Of a DNA stretch of 64,000 bases, positions 10,871-22,147 are shown piece by piece. Below the pieces are notes generated by a model. The model did not search any database, was not told the DNA's origin, and worked only from the letters and a program-made list of their open reading frames with translations. A program made the translations under genes and the position numbers. This DNA comes from Alphaproteobacteria bacterium (GTDB lineage: Bacteria; Pseudomonadota; Alphaproteobacteria; SP197): assembly GCA_964291265.2 (NCBI GenBank), contig OZ219747.1:3872001-3936000 (forward strand), read 5' to 3'. The stretch's first letter is position 1; every line of letters starts with the position of its first letter.

Positions 10871-10981
10871 CTTGTGCGGAACCTGTGCGGACAAGCGCCA
10901 GCGAACAAGCGGCATGCCCGGCAGACCGTCGTCGGTCTCCGGGCATCCAACCGCAAGGCGACAGCGTTGGCCCCGGACGGA

Positions 10982-11338
10982 TCAGATCAGGCGGTTGGCC
11001 GTGCGCAGGAAGACGGCGAGCGTGCAACCGGTCCGGGTGGTCGATGAATGAACCGTGCCCGGCCGGAACGACACGAAGTCCCCCTGGCGGAAGACGCTGC
11101 CGTCGTCATCGATGAGCTCACCGTCGACCACGAGAAAGTCCTCGTGGCCGACGTGCTCATGAGGGAGTGACGAGCAACCTGGTTCGAGGCGCAGCAGATA
11201 GGATCCGCACCCGGTCTCGGGATCGAGACTCATGTTGATCCACGACAGCCCGGGAATGGCCTCACCGTAGCGGTCATAGGGCACAAACTCGGTGAAATCG
11301 TCGCCGCGCCGGACGATGCGGCGGGATTCATCCGTCAT
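10982..11338 (-). CDS. Cupin-domain protein (ChrR-like cupin)
   Basis: YLLRLEPG...HEHVGHEDFLVVDGEL...GDFVSFRPGTVH; start moved to ATG 11338 to avoid overlapping the ompA-family gene. Confidence 0.82.
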   Translation of the reverse strand: MTDESRRIVRRGDDFTEFVPYDRYGEAIPGLSWINMSLDPETGCGSYLLRLEPGCSSLPHEHVGHEDFLVVDGELIDDDGSVFRQGDFVSFRPGTVHSSTTRTGCTLAVFLRTANRLI

Positions 11339-11348
11339 CGCGCCGCTG

Positions 11349-12206
11349 TCACTCGAACGAGACCTCGACACGCCGGTTGCCCGGGTTGCGTACGCCGTCA
11401 CCGGTCTCGATCGCCGGCATGGCCTCGCCGTACCAATCGAGAACCATGATCGAGGGATCGATTCCTGCTCCCGTCAAGTGGGCCGCGACCGCCTCCACAC
11501 GCTCCCTGGAGAGATCCAGGTTGAAGCCGTCGTCTCCCGAGGTGTCGGCGTGCCCGGCGAGCGCGATGGAGGACGGCTGCTGGCGCACGGCCTCCGCCAC
11601 GACTCCTTCGAGAAACCCTGTCGCAATCTCCGAAAGCTCCGCGCTGTTCCAGGCAAAGTAGACGACAAACTCAGTTTGCGGCGCGGGTTCCGGCTCGACA
11701 TGGAGGAGTTCTTCCATGGCCGCGTAGAAGGCATCGCGACACGACGCCATCTCGGCTTCCTGGTGGGACGCGATCGGGCCAGGATGAGGGGGGCCTTCTT
11801 CGGCCTCCTCGATCCAGCAGTCAAGACTCGTCTGTGCGCGGGCCGCGGCCTGCGGACGCTCAACCCTGCCGCCTGCCTCCAGTTCGGCCATCAGGTTCGC
11901 CCGTTCGCCGACGAGAAGGTCCATCGTTTCCGCCGAGTCGATGCGCCATTTCGTGGGATCCCACGGTTCTACGGCAACACCCTGCGCCGCCATCTCCGCC
12001 CTGTCGCGGAATGCCGAGGCATCGACCCGGTCGTAGTACGCCGTTTCCTTGCGTGCGAGGTCCACGTAGCCTTCGTGAAGATGCTGGAGAAATGGGTCAT
12101 CCGCAACGGTCATTCCGGCGACACGATCAATCGATGCCGGTGTGCCGCACCCGGCCATAAGAAGCGCCGCCGCGCCTGCGAACAGCATCCCGGAAATCTT
12201 GCCCAT
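11349..12206 (-). CDS. OmpA-family lipoprotein
   Basis: Lipobox MAGC; C-terminal OmpA domain VYFAWNSAEL, GHADTSG, NLDLSRER, NRRVEV. Confidence 0.9.
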   Translation of the reverse strand: MGKISGMLFAGAAALLMAGCGTPASIDRVAGMTVADDPFLQHLHEGYVDLARKETAYYDRVDASAFRDRAEMAAQGVAVEPWDPTKWRIDSAETMDLLVGERANLMAELEAGGRVERPQAAARAQTSLDCWIEEAEEGPPHPGPIASHQEAEMASCRDAFYAAMEELLHVEPEPAPQTEFVVYFAWNSAELSEIATGFLEGVVAEAVRQQPSSIALAGHADTSGDDGFNLDLSRERVEAVAAHLTGAGIDPSIMVLDWYGEAMPAIETGDGVRNPGNRRVEVSFE

Positions 12207-12448
12207 GTTTGTTCCCTCGTCGTCCTGACCACGCTCTAGGCCACACCCAGGCGCCCTATTGACATTGTTCAGTGGTCATTGTCACGCGAAGTCTACCATG
12301 AACGCTTCACGACAGTGTGGCGGTATGGTGGTTTTATCCCCAGATGGCAGACCGAAGCCGCCTGGCGCCGGGCGCAACGCACTGCCGAGGCACGGCAGAC
12401 GAGTCGCGCACGCCGCGCCCGCCGTGACGCGCCGACCCTCCTCACGCA

Positions 12449-13789
12449 TCAGGACGACGACTGGCGCGCCGTGATCGCCAGGGCATGGGCATCAAATCCT
12501 TCATAGTCCGCCAGAACTCGGGTAGCGGGAGCGAGGGCATCGTGTCCGGCAGGGGTCAGTTCGGCAACGGACTGGCGCTTGAGAAAGTCCATGACCCCGA
12601 GCGCGGACCGGCTTGCCGCCCTGCCACCGGTGGGCAGCACCGCGTTGACGCCGATCATGTAGTTCGCCATGGAGAACGGCGCATCTTGACCCAGGAGGAT
12701 CTCGCCGGCATTGCTGATGGCATCAAGCCATGCACGGGGGCGCCGGCTGGCTATCTGCAGGTGTTCGGGGGCGAAGGCATTGACAAAATCAAGCGCATCC
12801 CCGGCATCCCGAGCCACGACAAGGCCGCCATTGGCACCCAGCGCCGCACAGGCGCAGCGCCGACGTTCCCGGGACAGAGTCTCGAGGTGCCCGTCAAGGG
12901 CAACGGCCACGGCCTCGGCGAAATCGTCGTTCCAGGTCACCAGGAATACGGTTGAGTCATCGCCGTGTTCGGCCTCGATGAGAAGATCGAGAGCCACACG
13001 GCCGACGTCCGCGGTATCATCGGCGAACACCACGGCCTCCGAGGGCCCCGCTGGCGGTCCGGGCTCGATGTAGTCCGCGCACAAGATCATGGCCGCGCCA
13101 ACCCAGGGTGAGCCGGGTCCGACAATGCGCACGCAACGGGGCACGGTTTCCGTACCGAAGGCGACGGCAGCGACAGCCTGGGCGCCTCCGGCCAGGCACA
13201 CTTCCTCCACTCCCGCCGCCCGGGCCGCCACCAGGGTTGCCGGATCACAACACCCACCCGGCCCCGGCGGCGTCACGATCACCACCTTCTTCACCCCGGC
13301 GATGACCGCCGGGATGGCCGTCATGAGAGCTACCGAAGGAAATGCACCCTTGCCGCGCGGCACGTAACAGGCAACGGAATCAATCGGCACATGGCGTTCT
13401 CCGGCCATGACTCCGGGCCGGACCTCGACCATGTCGAGAGTCGCCGGACGCTGCCTTTCGTGTACGACACGGATGTGGTCTGTCGCCATGTCAATGGCCT
13501 CAGCCACCTCGTCCGGAACGTTCCGGCGTGCCCGGGTGAAATCCTGCGGCGTCACTCTCAGTTGTTCCTTCGACATGGGAACACCATCGAATTCTTCCGC
13601 AAGTCTTATCAGAGCCCGGTCACCCTGCTCGCGCACCGCCTCGACGATGGGACGCGCTCGCTCCACATGACGCGCCATGTCAGGCGCATGACGCACCATG
13701 AGGGCGTCGCGCCGTGCCTGCGACAGGCTCGCCAGACGCAGGATGCGCGGCACGGCAGGAGGAAGAACCGGCTCAGCCAAGGCTGTCAT
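12449..13789 (-). CDS. hisD: Histidinol dehydrogenase homolog (non-canonical metal ligands)
   Basis: ACYVPRGKG, GGAQAVAAVAFGTE, GPGSPWV, AGPSE, EAEHG, APEHL, GVNAVLPTGG; ATG 13789 chosen as start. Confidence 0.85.
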   Translation of the reverse strand: MTALAEPVLPPAVPRILRLASLSQARRDALMVRHAPDMARHVERARPIVEAVREQGDRALIRLAEEFDGVPMSKEQLRVTPQDFTRARRNVPDEVAEAIDMATDHIRVVHERQRPATLDMVEVRPGVMAGERHVPIDSVACYVPRGKGAFPSVALMTAIPAVIAGVKKVVIVTPPGPGGCCDPATLVAARAAGVEEVCLAGGAQAVAAVAFGTETVPRCVRIVGPGSPWVGAAMILCADYIEPGPPAGPSEAVVFADDTADVGRVALDLLIEAEHGDDSTVFLVTWNDDFAEAVAVALDGHLETLSRERRRCACAALGANGGLVVARDAGDALDFVNAFAPEHLQIASRRPRAWLDAISNAGEILLGQDAPFSMANYMIGVNAVLPTGGRAASRSALGVMDFLKRQSVAELTPAGHDALAPATRVLADYEGFDAHALAITARQSSS

Positions 13790-14174
13790 CCGTCTCCGGA
13801 TCGATGCCCAGTTCGGCAAACACCTTGCGGGCAACGCGGAAGCTCTCGACGCCGGCGGGCATGCCGCAATAGACGGCGATCTGCATCAGGGTATCACGCA
13901 ACGCCGCCAGGGTGACGCCATTGCGCAGGGCCCCTCTGAAGTGCAGCTCGAACTCGTGCATGCGTCCGGACGCTGCCGTCATGCACAGGTTGTTGAGACT
14001 GCGCTGGCAGCGGTCGAGACCTTCTCCGCTCCAGATCTCTCCCCAGCAATAGGTGGTCAGCAGATGCTGGAAACCGGCGTTGAACCGATCCGCTCCGTTG
14101 ATCGCCTTGTCGACGTAATCGACCCCGAGGACGTCACGCCGGATGGCCAGTCCCTTCTCATACATCTCGCTCAT
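13773..14174 (-). CDS. Carboxymuconolactone decarboxylase family protein
   Basis: YEKGLAIRRDVLG...YCWGEIW...RSLNNLCM...H.RGALRNG...Q.AVYCGMPAG. Confidence 0.88.
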   Translation of the reverse strand: MSEMYEKGLAIRRDVLGVDYVDKAINGADRFNAGFQHLLTTYCWGEIWSGEGLDRCQRSLNNLCMTAASGRMHEFELHFRGALRNGVTLAALRDTLMQIAVYCGMPAGVESFRVARKVFAELGIDPETDDSLG

Positions 14175-14226
14175 GGCACTCTTCCGGTGATGGACATTTT
14201 TGCGTCCTGTTGCGAGGGGGAAGCAG

Positions 14227-15315
14227 TCAGGCCTGATCGGCAAACAGTCCGGCAAGGGATGCGGCACTGGCTCCGCACAGGCCCCGCTCGGTGATCAACC
14301 CGGTCACGAGTTCGGCCGGAGTGACATCAAAGGCCGGGTTCTCCGGTATCGTTGTCTCGGGCGCAATCGCGACCGATCCCATGGTCCCGTCCTCCGCACG
14401 GCCGGTGACGGTTGTCACTTCGCCGCCACTGCGTTCCTCGATTGGTACGGCATCACCGTCCATGAGGCGCCAGTCGACGGTCGGTGACGGCAGTGCGGCA
14501 TAGAACGGCAGACCATGCCGATGTGCCGCCAGCGCCTTGAGGTAGGTTCCTATCTTGTTGCAGACATCGCCCGAGGCGGTGACACGGTCGGCTCCGGTGA
14601 TGGTCATGTCGACCCGGCCGGTGCGCATGAGATGTCCGGCGGCGTTGTCGACCACGAGGGTGTGCGGCACCCCATGCTGTGCCAGCTCCCATGCGGTCAG
14701 CGACGCACCCTGGTTTCTCGGACGCGTCTCGGAGACCCAGATATGAACGGGAATTCCGGCGTCATGGGCCTTGTACACCGGCGCCAGGGCGGTACCCCAG
14801 TCAACGGTGGCCAACCAACCGGCATTGCAGTGGGTCAAGATCTGAACCGGCCGGCCGGTGTCCTCGTGATGGTCCTTCAGGATAGCCATGCCGTGCTCGC
14901 CGATTGCCTCACAGGTCGCCGCATCCTCATCGCAGATCTCGCGGGCAAGAGCGTAGGCCTCGTCCTCACGGACATTCCGGTCAAGCGTGGTCAGTCTGGC
15001 GAGCACGCGTTCGACCGCCCATCGCAGGTTGACCGCCGTCGGCCGGGTCGCCAGCAGGGTCCGGGCTGCCTCGTCCATGGACGCATCCGATGCATCGCGT
15101 CTCATCGCAAGCGCCATGCCGTAGGCGGCAGTGGCGCCGATCAGTGGCGCCCCTCGCACCAGCATGGCGCGGATGGCATGGGCCGCATCTTCGAGGGTCA
15201 CGAGGGCCGTCGTCACGAACCGGTGCGGCAGACAGGTCTGGTCGATGACAATGACCGTCCTCTCATCATCGGCGACCTGGATCGAACGCCAGACAACACC
15301 GTCGATCTTCATCAC
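14227..15315 (-). CDS. mtnA: S-methyl-5-thioribose-1-phosphate isomerase
   Basis: MLVRGAPLIG, TRPTAVNL, LTHCNAGWLATVDWGTA, ETRPRNQG, NKIGTY, NPAFDVTP. Confidence 0.95.
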   Translation of the reverse strand: MMKIDGVVWRSIQVADDERTVIVIDQTCLPHRFVTTALVTLEDAAHAIRAMLVRGAPLIGATAAYGMALAMRRDASDASMDEAARTLLATRPTAVNLRWAVERVLARLTTLDRNVREDEAYALAREICDEDAATCEAIGEHGMAILKDHHEDTGRPVQILTHCNAGWLATVDWGTALAPVYKAHDAGIPVHIWVSETRPRNQGASLTAWELAQHGVPHTLVVDNAAGHLMRTGRVDMTITGADRVTASGDVCNKIGTYLKALAAHRHGLPFYAALPSPTVDWRLMDGDAVPIEERSGGEVTTVTGRAEDGTMGSVAIAPETTIPENPAFDVTPAELVTGLITERGLCGASAASLAGLFADQA

Positions 15316-15835
15316 GATCCCCCGAAGCTGCGCCCGGCAGACCTGGCGACATCGATCCGGCGGAGCGGATGGCGCGGAACGTCACGCGGTCCACCGGGAC
15401 GCGACCGGGTCTGCGGTCCGTCGAAGGACCGGCATGTGAGACCGGGGGTCCTGATGGTGACATGACCAAGTCCCCAGACGATCATGGCCAGCATTCCCTC
15501 CGTGATGGTGGCGAAGTCTACTCCAGACCTGCAACCAGTGCACAACCGGATCATCGACCTGCCAGGACCATTGCGTTGTCGCGATCGGCGGTGGACAACC
15601 GCGTCAGTGGCCGTTCCTGAAGTTGGTGGCACCTTCTCGAGGTCGGAACCGGCATATCGACAACGAAATCCGGTCTCGAATGGGCCTCCAGATCTGCCTA
15701 CGACGCCCCCTCGTCGGACGAAACCGGACAAAAGAATAGTGCTGATCGACCTGCAGTTGACTTTGGGGCGTCGATCGCAGACTTTCCGGCGCCTTCAATG
15801 ATGATTCTCCTGCCCTCACCGATGCCTCATCGACC

Positions 15836-16714
15836 ATGACGGCCGCCCGTACCATCCGCCTCGGTCTTCCCAAGGGCCGCATGCAGGACAATCTCCATGC
15901 CCTTCTCGAGGATGCGGGCATTCACATTCGTTCGGGACGCGCCACCAGCACCCGCGACTATCGGCCGGCGATCTCGCTGCCGGATTTCGATGCCAAGCTT
16001 CTCAAGCCCCAGAACATCGTCGAGATGCTCCACATCGGCAGCCGCGACATCGGTTTCACCGGCCGGGACTGGGTGATCGAGAAGGAAGCCGACCTTGTCG
16101 AACTCGTCGACACCGGACTCGATCCGGTCGAACTCGTCGCCGCGGCGCCCGTGAAGATTCTGCGGGACGGGCGATTGCCCGACCGTCATCTTGTGGTGGC
16201 GAGCGAGTACGAGCGCCTGACCCGCTCGTGGATTGCCGAAGCCTCACTCGACGCCACCTTCGTACGCTCGTACGGAGCCACCGAGGTGTTCCCGCCGGAG
16301 GACGCCGACTGCATCATCGACAACTCGGCCACCGGAGCCACACTGCGCGCCAACGGACTCGAGACCGTTGCCTCCATCCTGACGTCGTCGACGTGCCTCT
16401 TCGCGCATCCGGCAGCCCTTGACGACGCCAACAAGCGCAACGCCATCTCGAGTTTTTCGATGATGATCCGTTCGGTCATCGATGCCAGACGGCGGGTGAT
16501 GGTCGAAGTGAACGTCACAGCCGATTGCCTCGAACCGGTCGTTTCCAGCCTGCCCTCCATGCGCGAGCCGACCATCTCGCCGCTTCACGGAAACAGCGGC
16601 TACTCCGTCAAGGCCGCCGTGCCACGCGACAGGCTGGCGCGTATCATTCCGCGCATCAAGGCGATGGGCGGCTCCGACATCGTTGTCAGCCCCATCAGCA
16701 ATATCGTGGCATGA
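15836..16714 (+). CDS. hisG: ATP phosphoribosyltransferase, long form
   Basis: LGLPKGRM, DIGFTGRDW, SYGATE, ADCIIDNSATGATLRANGL, C-terminal regulatory domain (PTISPL). Confidence 0.93.
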   Translation: MTAARTIRLGLPKGRMQDNLHALLEDAGIHIRSGRATSTRDYRPAISLPDFDAKLLKPQNIVEMLHIGSRDIGFTGRDWVIEKEADLVELVDTGLDPVELVAAAPVKILRDGRLPDRHLVVASEYERLTRSWIAEASLDATFVRSYGATEVFPPEDADCIIDNSATGATLRANGLETVASILTSSTCLFAHPAALDDANKRNAISSFSMMIRSVIDARRRVMVEVNVTADCLEPVVSSLPSMREPTISPLHGNSGYSVKAAVPRDRLARIIPRIKAMGGSDIVVSPISNIVA

Positions 16715-16744
16715 GGCCGCGGGCCATCGGAGCACGGGAGAATC

Positions 16745-17332
16745 ATGATGGAACGCGTTGCGACAGTCAGCCGATCGACCCGCGAAACCGTCGTGACGGT
16801 TACCGTCAATCTTGACGGCACCGGCCAGAGCGATGTCGTGACCGGACTGAGATTTCTCGACCACCTCCTGGATTCCCTGACGCGGCACAGCCGCATGGAT
16901 GTGGCGCTTCACGCCGAGGGTGACCTGGATGTCGACGATCATCACACGGCGGAAGACTGTGCTCTGACGCTCGGCGCGGCCGTCGACGAGGCTCTGGGGG
17001 ACAAGCGCGGCATCCGCCGCTTCGCCGATGCCCATGTACCGCTCGACGAAGCCGTGGCAAGGGCGGTGATCGATCTTTCCGGACGCCCGTTTGCCCATGT
17101 CGATCTGGACCTCAGGCGCGAGCGCATCGGCGATACGGCGGCGGAGATGATTCCGCACGTTCTCTCGAGTTTCGCCATGGCCGGGCACCTCACGCTTCAT
17201 GTCGACGTGTTGCGCGGCATCAACGACCACCATCGCGCCGAAGCGGCGTTCAAGGCGGTCGCTGTCGCCCTGCGCCAGGCGGTCGCCCTCGATGATCACG
17301 ACGAGATTCCGAGCACGAAGGGACGCCTGTGA
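16745..17332 (+). CDS. hisB: Imidazoleglycerol-phosphate dehydratase
   Basis: R.TRET, FLDHLL, DDHHTAED, PLDEA, NDHHRAEAAFKA, PSTKG. Confidence 0.96.
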   Translation: MMERVATVSRSTRETVVTVTVNLDGTGQSDVVTGLRFLDHLLDSLTRHSRMDVALHAEGDLDVDDHHTAEDCALTLGAAVDEALGDKRGIRRFADAHVPLDEAVARAVIDLSGRPFAHVDLDLRRERIGDTAAEMIPHVLSSFAMAGHLTLHVDVLRGINDHHRAEAAFKAVAVALRQAVALDDHDEIPSTKGRL

Positions 17333-17934
17333 CCGTGCCCGAGGTCGTGGTCTGCCGCACGGGAACGGCCAATCTTGCCTCGGTCCTCGCTGCACTCAGA
17401 CGTGCCGGCGGCGTGCCCCGCACCGGCCGCTCGGCCGACGACATCCGGACGGCTACCCATGTCGTGCTGCCTGGCGTGGGGACCTTCGGCGCCGCCATGG
17501 ACACGCTTCGCGACAGCGGGACGGACGTGGCCCTGAAACAGCACATGGAGAGCGGGAAGCCGCTTCTCGCCATCTGTGTCGGATTCCAGCTCCTGTGCCG
17601 TTCCAGCGAGGAATCCCCGGGCGTCACCGGCCTTGGCCTTGTCGATGACGGGGTGACGCGGTTTCCCGCAGGGGTGCGGGTTCCCCAGTTCGGCTGGAAC
17701 AGTCTGGCGCCCGAGAGCGGCTGCAGGGCGCTCGTCGCCGGCCATGCCTACTTTGCCAACTCCTATCGTCTCGAGCGCGCTCCCCGGGGCTGGCATGCCG
17801 CCATGGCGGACCATGGCGGACCCTTCGTTGCGGCACTGGAACGCGACGCCCTTGTCGCCTGCCAGTTCCATCCGGAACTATCCGGTTCCTGGGGCGCGGC
17901 ACTGATCGGCCGCTGGCTGGCCATGCCATGTTGA
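17329..17934 (+). CDS. hisH: Imidazole glycerol phosphate synthase glutaminase subunit
   Basis: LPGVGTF, ICVGFQ (catalytic Cys), QFHPE. Confidence 0.93.
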   Translation: MTVPEVVVCRTGTANLASVLAALRRAGGVPRTGRSADDIRTATHVVLPGVGTFGAAMDTLRDSGTDVALKQHMESGKPLLAICVGFQLLCRSSEESPGVTGLGLVDDGVTRFPAGVRVPQFGWNSLAPESGCRALVAGHAYFANSYRLERAPRGWHAAMADHGGPFVAALERDALVACQFHPELSGSWGAALIGRWLAMPC

Positions 17935-18713
17935 CTGCACGGGTCATCCCCTGCCTCGACGTCGACGCCGGGCGCGTCGTCAAGGGCATCCGTTTCCAGG
18001 GGTTGAAGGACGCCGGCGATCCGGTGGAACGGGCCACGGCCTACGAACGACAGGGTGCCGACGAGATCGTCATGCTTGATGTGTCGGCAACACCGCGAGG
18101 CAGGCACAATGCCCGCGACGCCGTGGCAGCGGTGCGCCAGGACCTGGCCATTCCACTTACCGTGGGCGGTGGCGTCAGGTCGGTCAACGACGCCCGTGCC
18201 CTGCTCGAGGCCGGAGCGGACAAGGTCGCGGCCAACACCGCCGCTGTTTCGAGACCGGAACTCCTCGCGGAGATGGCCAGCAGGTTCGGGCGCCAATGCA
18301 CCGTCGTTGCCATCGATGCAGCCGCCCGTGGTAAAGCCTGGGAGGTCGTCACCCTGTCGGGCCGCCAGCGCACGGGCATGGATGCCGTCCACTGGGCCGT
18401 CAGGGCGGTCGAACACGGCGCCGGCGAAATCCTGCTGACCAGCTGGGATCGAGACGGGACCCGTTCGGGCTACGAGACCAGGCTCATCGCCGCCGTGGCT
18501 GCCGCCGTACCGGTTCCGGTCATCGCTTCCGGCGGCGCCGCCTCACCCGGCCATCTCGTGGAGGCCCTCAGACACGGCGCCGACGCGGTGCTGGCCGCCT
18601 CCATCTTCCACGAGTCCGACTACACGGTCGGTGACGTCAAGCAGGCCATGGCCGGAGCGGGCATTCCGACACGACCGTGTCCCGAGCACGAACACCGGGG
18701 AACACACCCATGA
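17928..18713 (+). CDS. hisF: Imidazole glycerol phosphate synthase cyclase subunit
   Basis: RVIPCLDV, VVKG, PLTVGGG, GAGEILLTS.DRDGT, PVIASGG, LAASIFH. Confidence 0.96.
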   Translation: MLTARVIPCLDVDAGRVVKGIRFQGLKDAGDPVERATAYERQGADEIVMLDVSATPRGRHNARDAVAAVRQDLAIPLTVGGGVRSVNDARALLEAGADKVAANTAAVSRPELLAEMASRFGRQCTVVAIDAAARGKAWEVVTLSGRQRTGMDAVHWAVRAVEHGAGEILLTSWDRDGTRSGYETRLIAAVAAAVPVPVIASGGAASPGHLVEALRHGADAVLAASIFHESDYTVGDVKQAMAGAGIPTRPCPEHEHRGTHP

Positions 18714-19957
18714 TCATCCCGTCGATCGACCTGTCGAATGGCCAGGCCGTGCAGCTTGTCGGTGGCAGGGATCCTCGCATCGAGGCCGGTGATCCCCGGC
18801 CGATTGCCGAGCGCTTCCGCCTGGCCGGGGAGATCGCGGTCATCGACCTCGACGCCGCCCGCGGGACCGGTCACAACCACGCTCTCGTCGAGGAGCTCGT
18901 GCGCATGGCCCCCTGCCGGGTCGGGGGCGGTATTCGGGACATCGACACGGCACGGCACTGGCTCGATGCCGGTGCCCGCAAGGTCATCCTCGGGACCGCG
19001 GCCACTCCGGAGATTCTCTCTCGCCTGCCGCGCCAGCGCGTCATCGTCGCCCTCGATGCCCTGCATGACGAGGTGGTCACCCACGGCTGGACAACACGGA
19101 GCGGCGAGACCGTGGTGGCCGGGATGGCACGGCTGCGCGGCCTTGCCGGCGGCTTTCTCGTCACCTTCGTCGAGCGCGAGGGGAAAATGGAAGGAACGGA
19201 TCTCGACCGCGCCCTTGCCCTCGCCGGGGCGGCAGGCGATGCCCGCCTGACGGTGGCAGGCGGATTCACCAGCCCCCTTGAAATCGCCACGGCCGATCGT
19301 GCCGGCATCGACGCCCAGGTCGGAATGGCGCTCTATTCGGGAGCCCTTCACCTTGCCGATGCCATTGCCGCGCCGCTGGCAAGCGACAGACCGGATGGCC
19401 TGTGGCCGACCGTCGTGGTGGACCTGCACCAGCGGGCCCTTGGGCTGGCGTGGTCGGATGCCGAGAGCCTGCGCGCCGCCGTCGAGCGGAAGGCAGGTGT
19501 CTATCACTCTCGCACCCGGGGGCTGTGGATCAAGGGTGAGACATCCGGCGCCACACAGGATCTGCTGAGGATCGACCCCGACTGTGACCGCGATGCCCTG
19601 AAGTTCACCGTGCGCCAAGCGGGCAGCGGCTTCTGTCACCTCGGAACTCCGACCTGCTGGGGGGGCGACTCGGGCCTTCCGGCCCTTGTCCGCGTTCTCG
19701 CCGACCGCCTGGCGGACGCTCCCGCCGGCTCGTACACCGCCCGGCTCCTCAGCGAACCGGCGATGCTCGAGGCAAAGCTCCTCGAGGAAGCCGGAGAACT
19801 GGCCCGGGCCGGGACACGGGCCGATGTCATCCACGAAGCGGCCGACGTCATCTTCTTCGCCCTGGTCGCCGCGGTCCGTGCCGAGGTGGACCTCGCCGAC
19901 ATCGAAGGAGAACTCGACCGCCGGGCCCTCGCCGTTACAAGGCGCTCGGCCACCTGA
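18710..19957 (+). CDS. HisA-HisI-HisE fusion (ProFAR isomerase / PR-AMP cyclohydrolase / PR-ATP pyrophosphatase), 415 aa
   Basis: HisA: MIIPSIDL, VIDLDAA, VGGGIRD, VALDA. HisI: SRTRGLWIKGETSG, DCDRDAL, FCH..TCW. HisE: SYTARLL, EEAGE, EAADV. ATGA overlap with hisF. Confidence 0.9.
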   Translation: MIIPSIDLSNGQAVQLVGGRDPRIEAGDPRPIAERFRLAGEIAVIDLDAARGTGHNHALVEELVRMAPCRVGGGIRDIDTARHWLDAGARKVILGTAATPEILSRLPRQRVIVALDALHDEVVTHGWTTRSGETVVAGMARLRGLAGGFLVTFVEREGKMEGTDLDRALALAGAAGDARLTVAGGFTSPLEIATADRAGIDAQVGMALYSGALHLADAIAAPLASDRPDGLWPTVVVDLHQRALGLAWSDAESLRAAVERKAGVYHSRTRGLWIKGETSGATQDLLRIDPDCDRDALKFTVRQAGSGFCHLGTPTCWGGDSGLPALVRVLADRLADAPAGSYTARLLSEPAMLEAKLLEEAGELARAGTRADVIHEAADVIFFALVAAVRAEVDLADIEGELDRRALAVTRRSAT

Positions 19958-20000
19958 AGGCACGGCGTCCCAAAAAATTGTCTTTGCCGGCATTCTCCCC

Positions 20001-20065
20001 CTTGAACTCGCCGGTCTGCCTCCTACATCACTGTTGGCACTCTCATCCGGTGAGTGCCAACAGTG
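20001..20065 (+). promoter_or_regulatory. Sigma32-like promoter plus CIRCE (20034-20060) of groESL copy 2
   Basis: CTTGAA-N15-CCTACAT (20001-20028); TTGGCACTC-N9-GAGTGCCAA with CACTG/CAGTG arm extension. Confidence 0.9.
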
Positions 20066-20107
20066 CTTGAACCCGAAAGGAATCACATTCATACAGGAGG
20101 TTGCAAC

Positions 20108-20395
20108 ATGGCATTCCGTCCGTTGCACGACCGCGTTCTGGTTCGCCGCCTTGACAGCGACGAAGTCACCGCGGGCGGCATCATCATTCCAGACACTGCC
20201 AAGGAAAAGCCGATGGAAGGCGAAGTCGTCGCCACCGGCCCTGGCGCTCGCGACGAGTCCGGTGCGATCCAGGCGCTCGACGTCAAGGCGGGTGACCGGA
20301 TTCTCTTCGGCAAGTGGTCTGGCACCGAGGTCAAGATCGATGGCGACGAACTCCTCATCATGAAGGAGTCCGACATCATGGGTGTCATCGAGTGA
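20108..20395 (+). CDS. groES: Co-chaperonin GroES (copy 2)
   Basis: [14 protein letters not shown]...[13 protein letters not shown]; RBS AGGAGG upstream. Confidence 0.97.
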   Translation: MAFRPLHDRVLVRRLDSDEVTAGGIIIPDTAKEKPMEGEVVATGPGARDESGAIQALDVKAGDRILFGKWSGTEVKIDGDELLIMKESDIMGVIE

Positions 20396-22069
<1,674 letters not shown>

Positions 22070-22094
22070 ACGTACCATCAGGGTGTGTTCCGAC

Positions 22095-22128
22095 GGGAGC
22101 CGCGGCGGATGCCGCGGCTCCCTTCGTT
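22095..22128 (+). terminator. Hairpin/terminator after groEL copy 2
   Basis: GGGAGCCGCGGC-GGAT-GCCGCGGCTCCC 12-bp stem followed by TTCGTT (weak U tract). Confidence 0.7.
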
Positions 22129-22147
22129 CCGGCTGCGGGAGTCGTCC

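Noticed and set aside
15316-15835. SAM-type riboswitch before mtnA or a His leader attenuator before hisG
   Set aside because: No SAM-II/SAM-SAH consensus or His-codon-rich leader could be recognised by eye; an Rfam scan would be needed.
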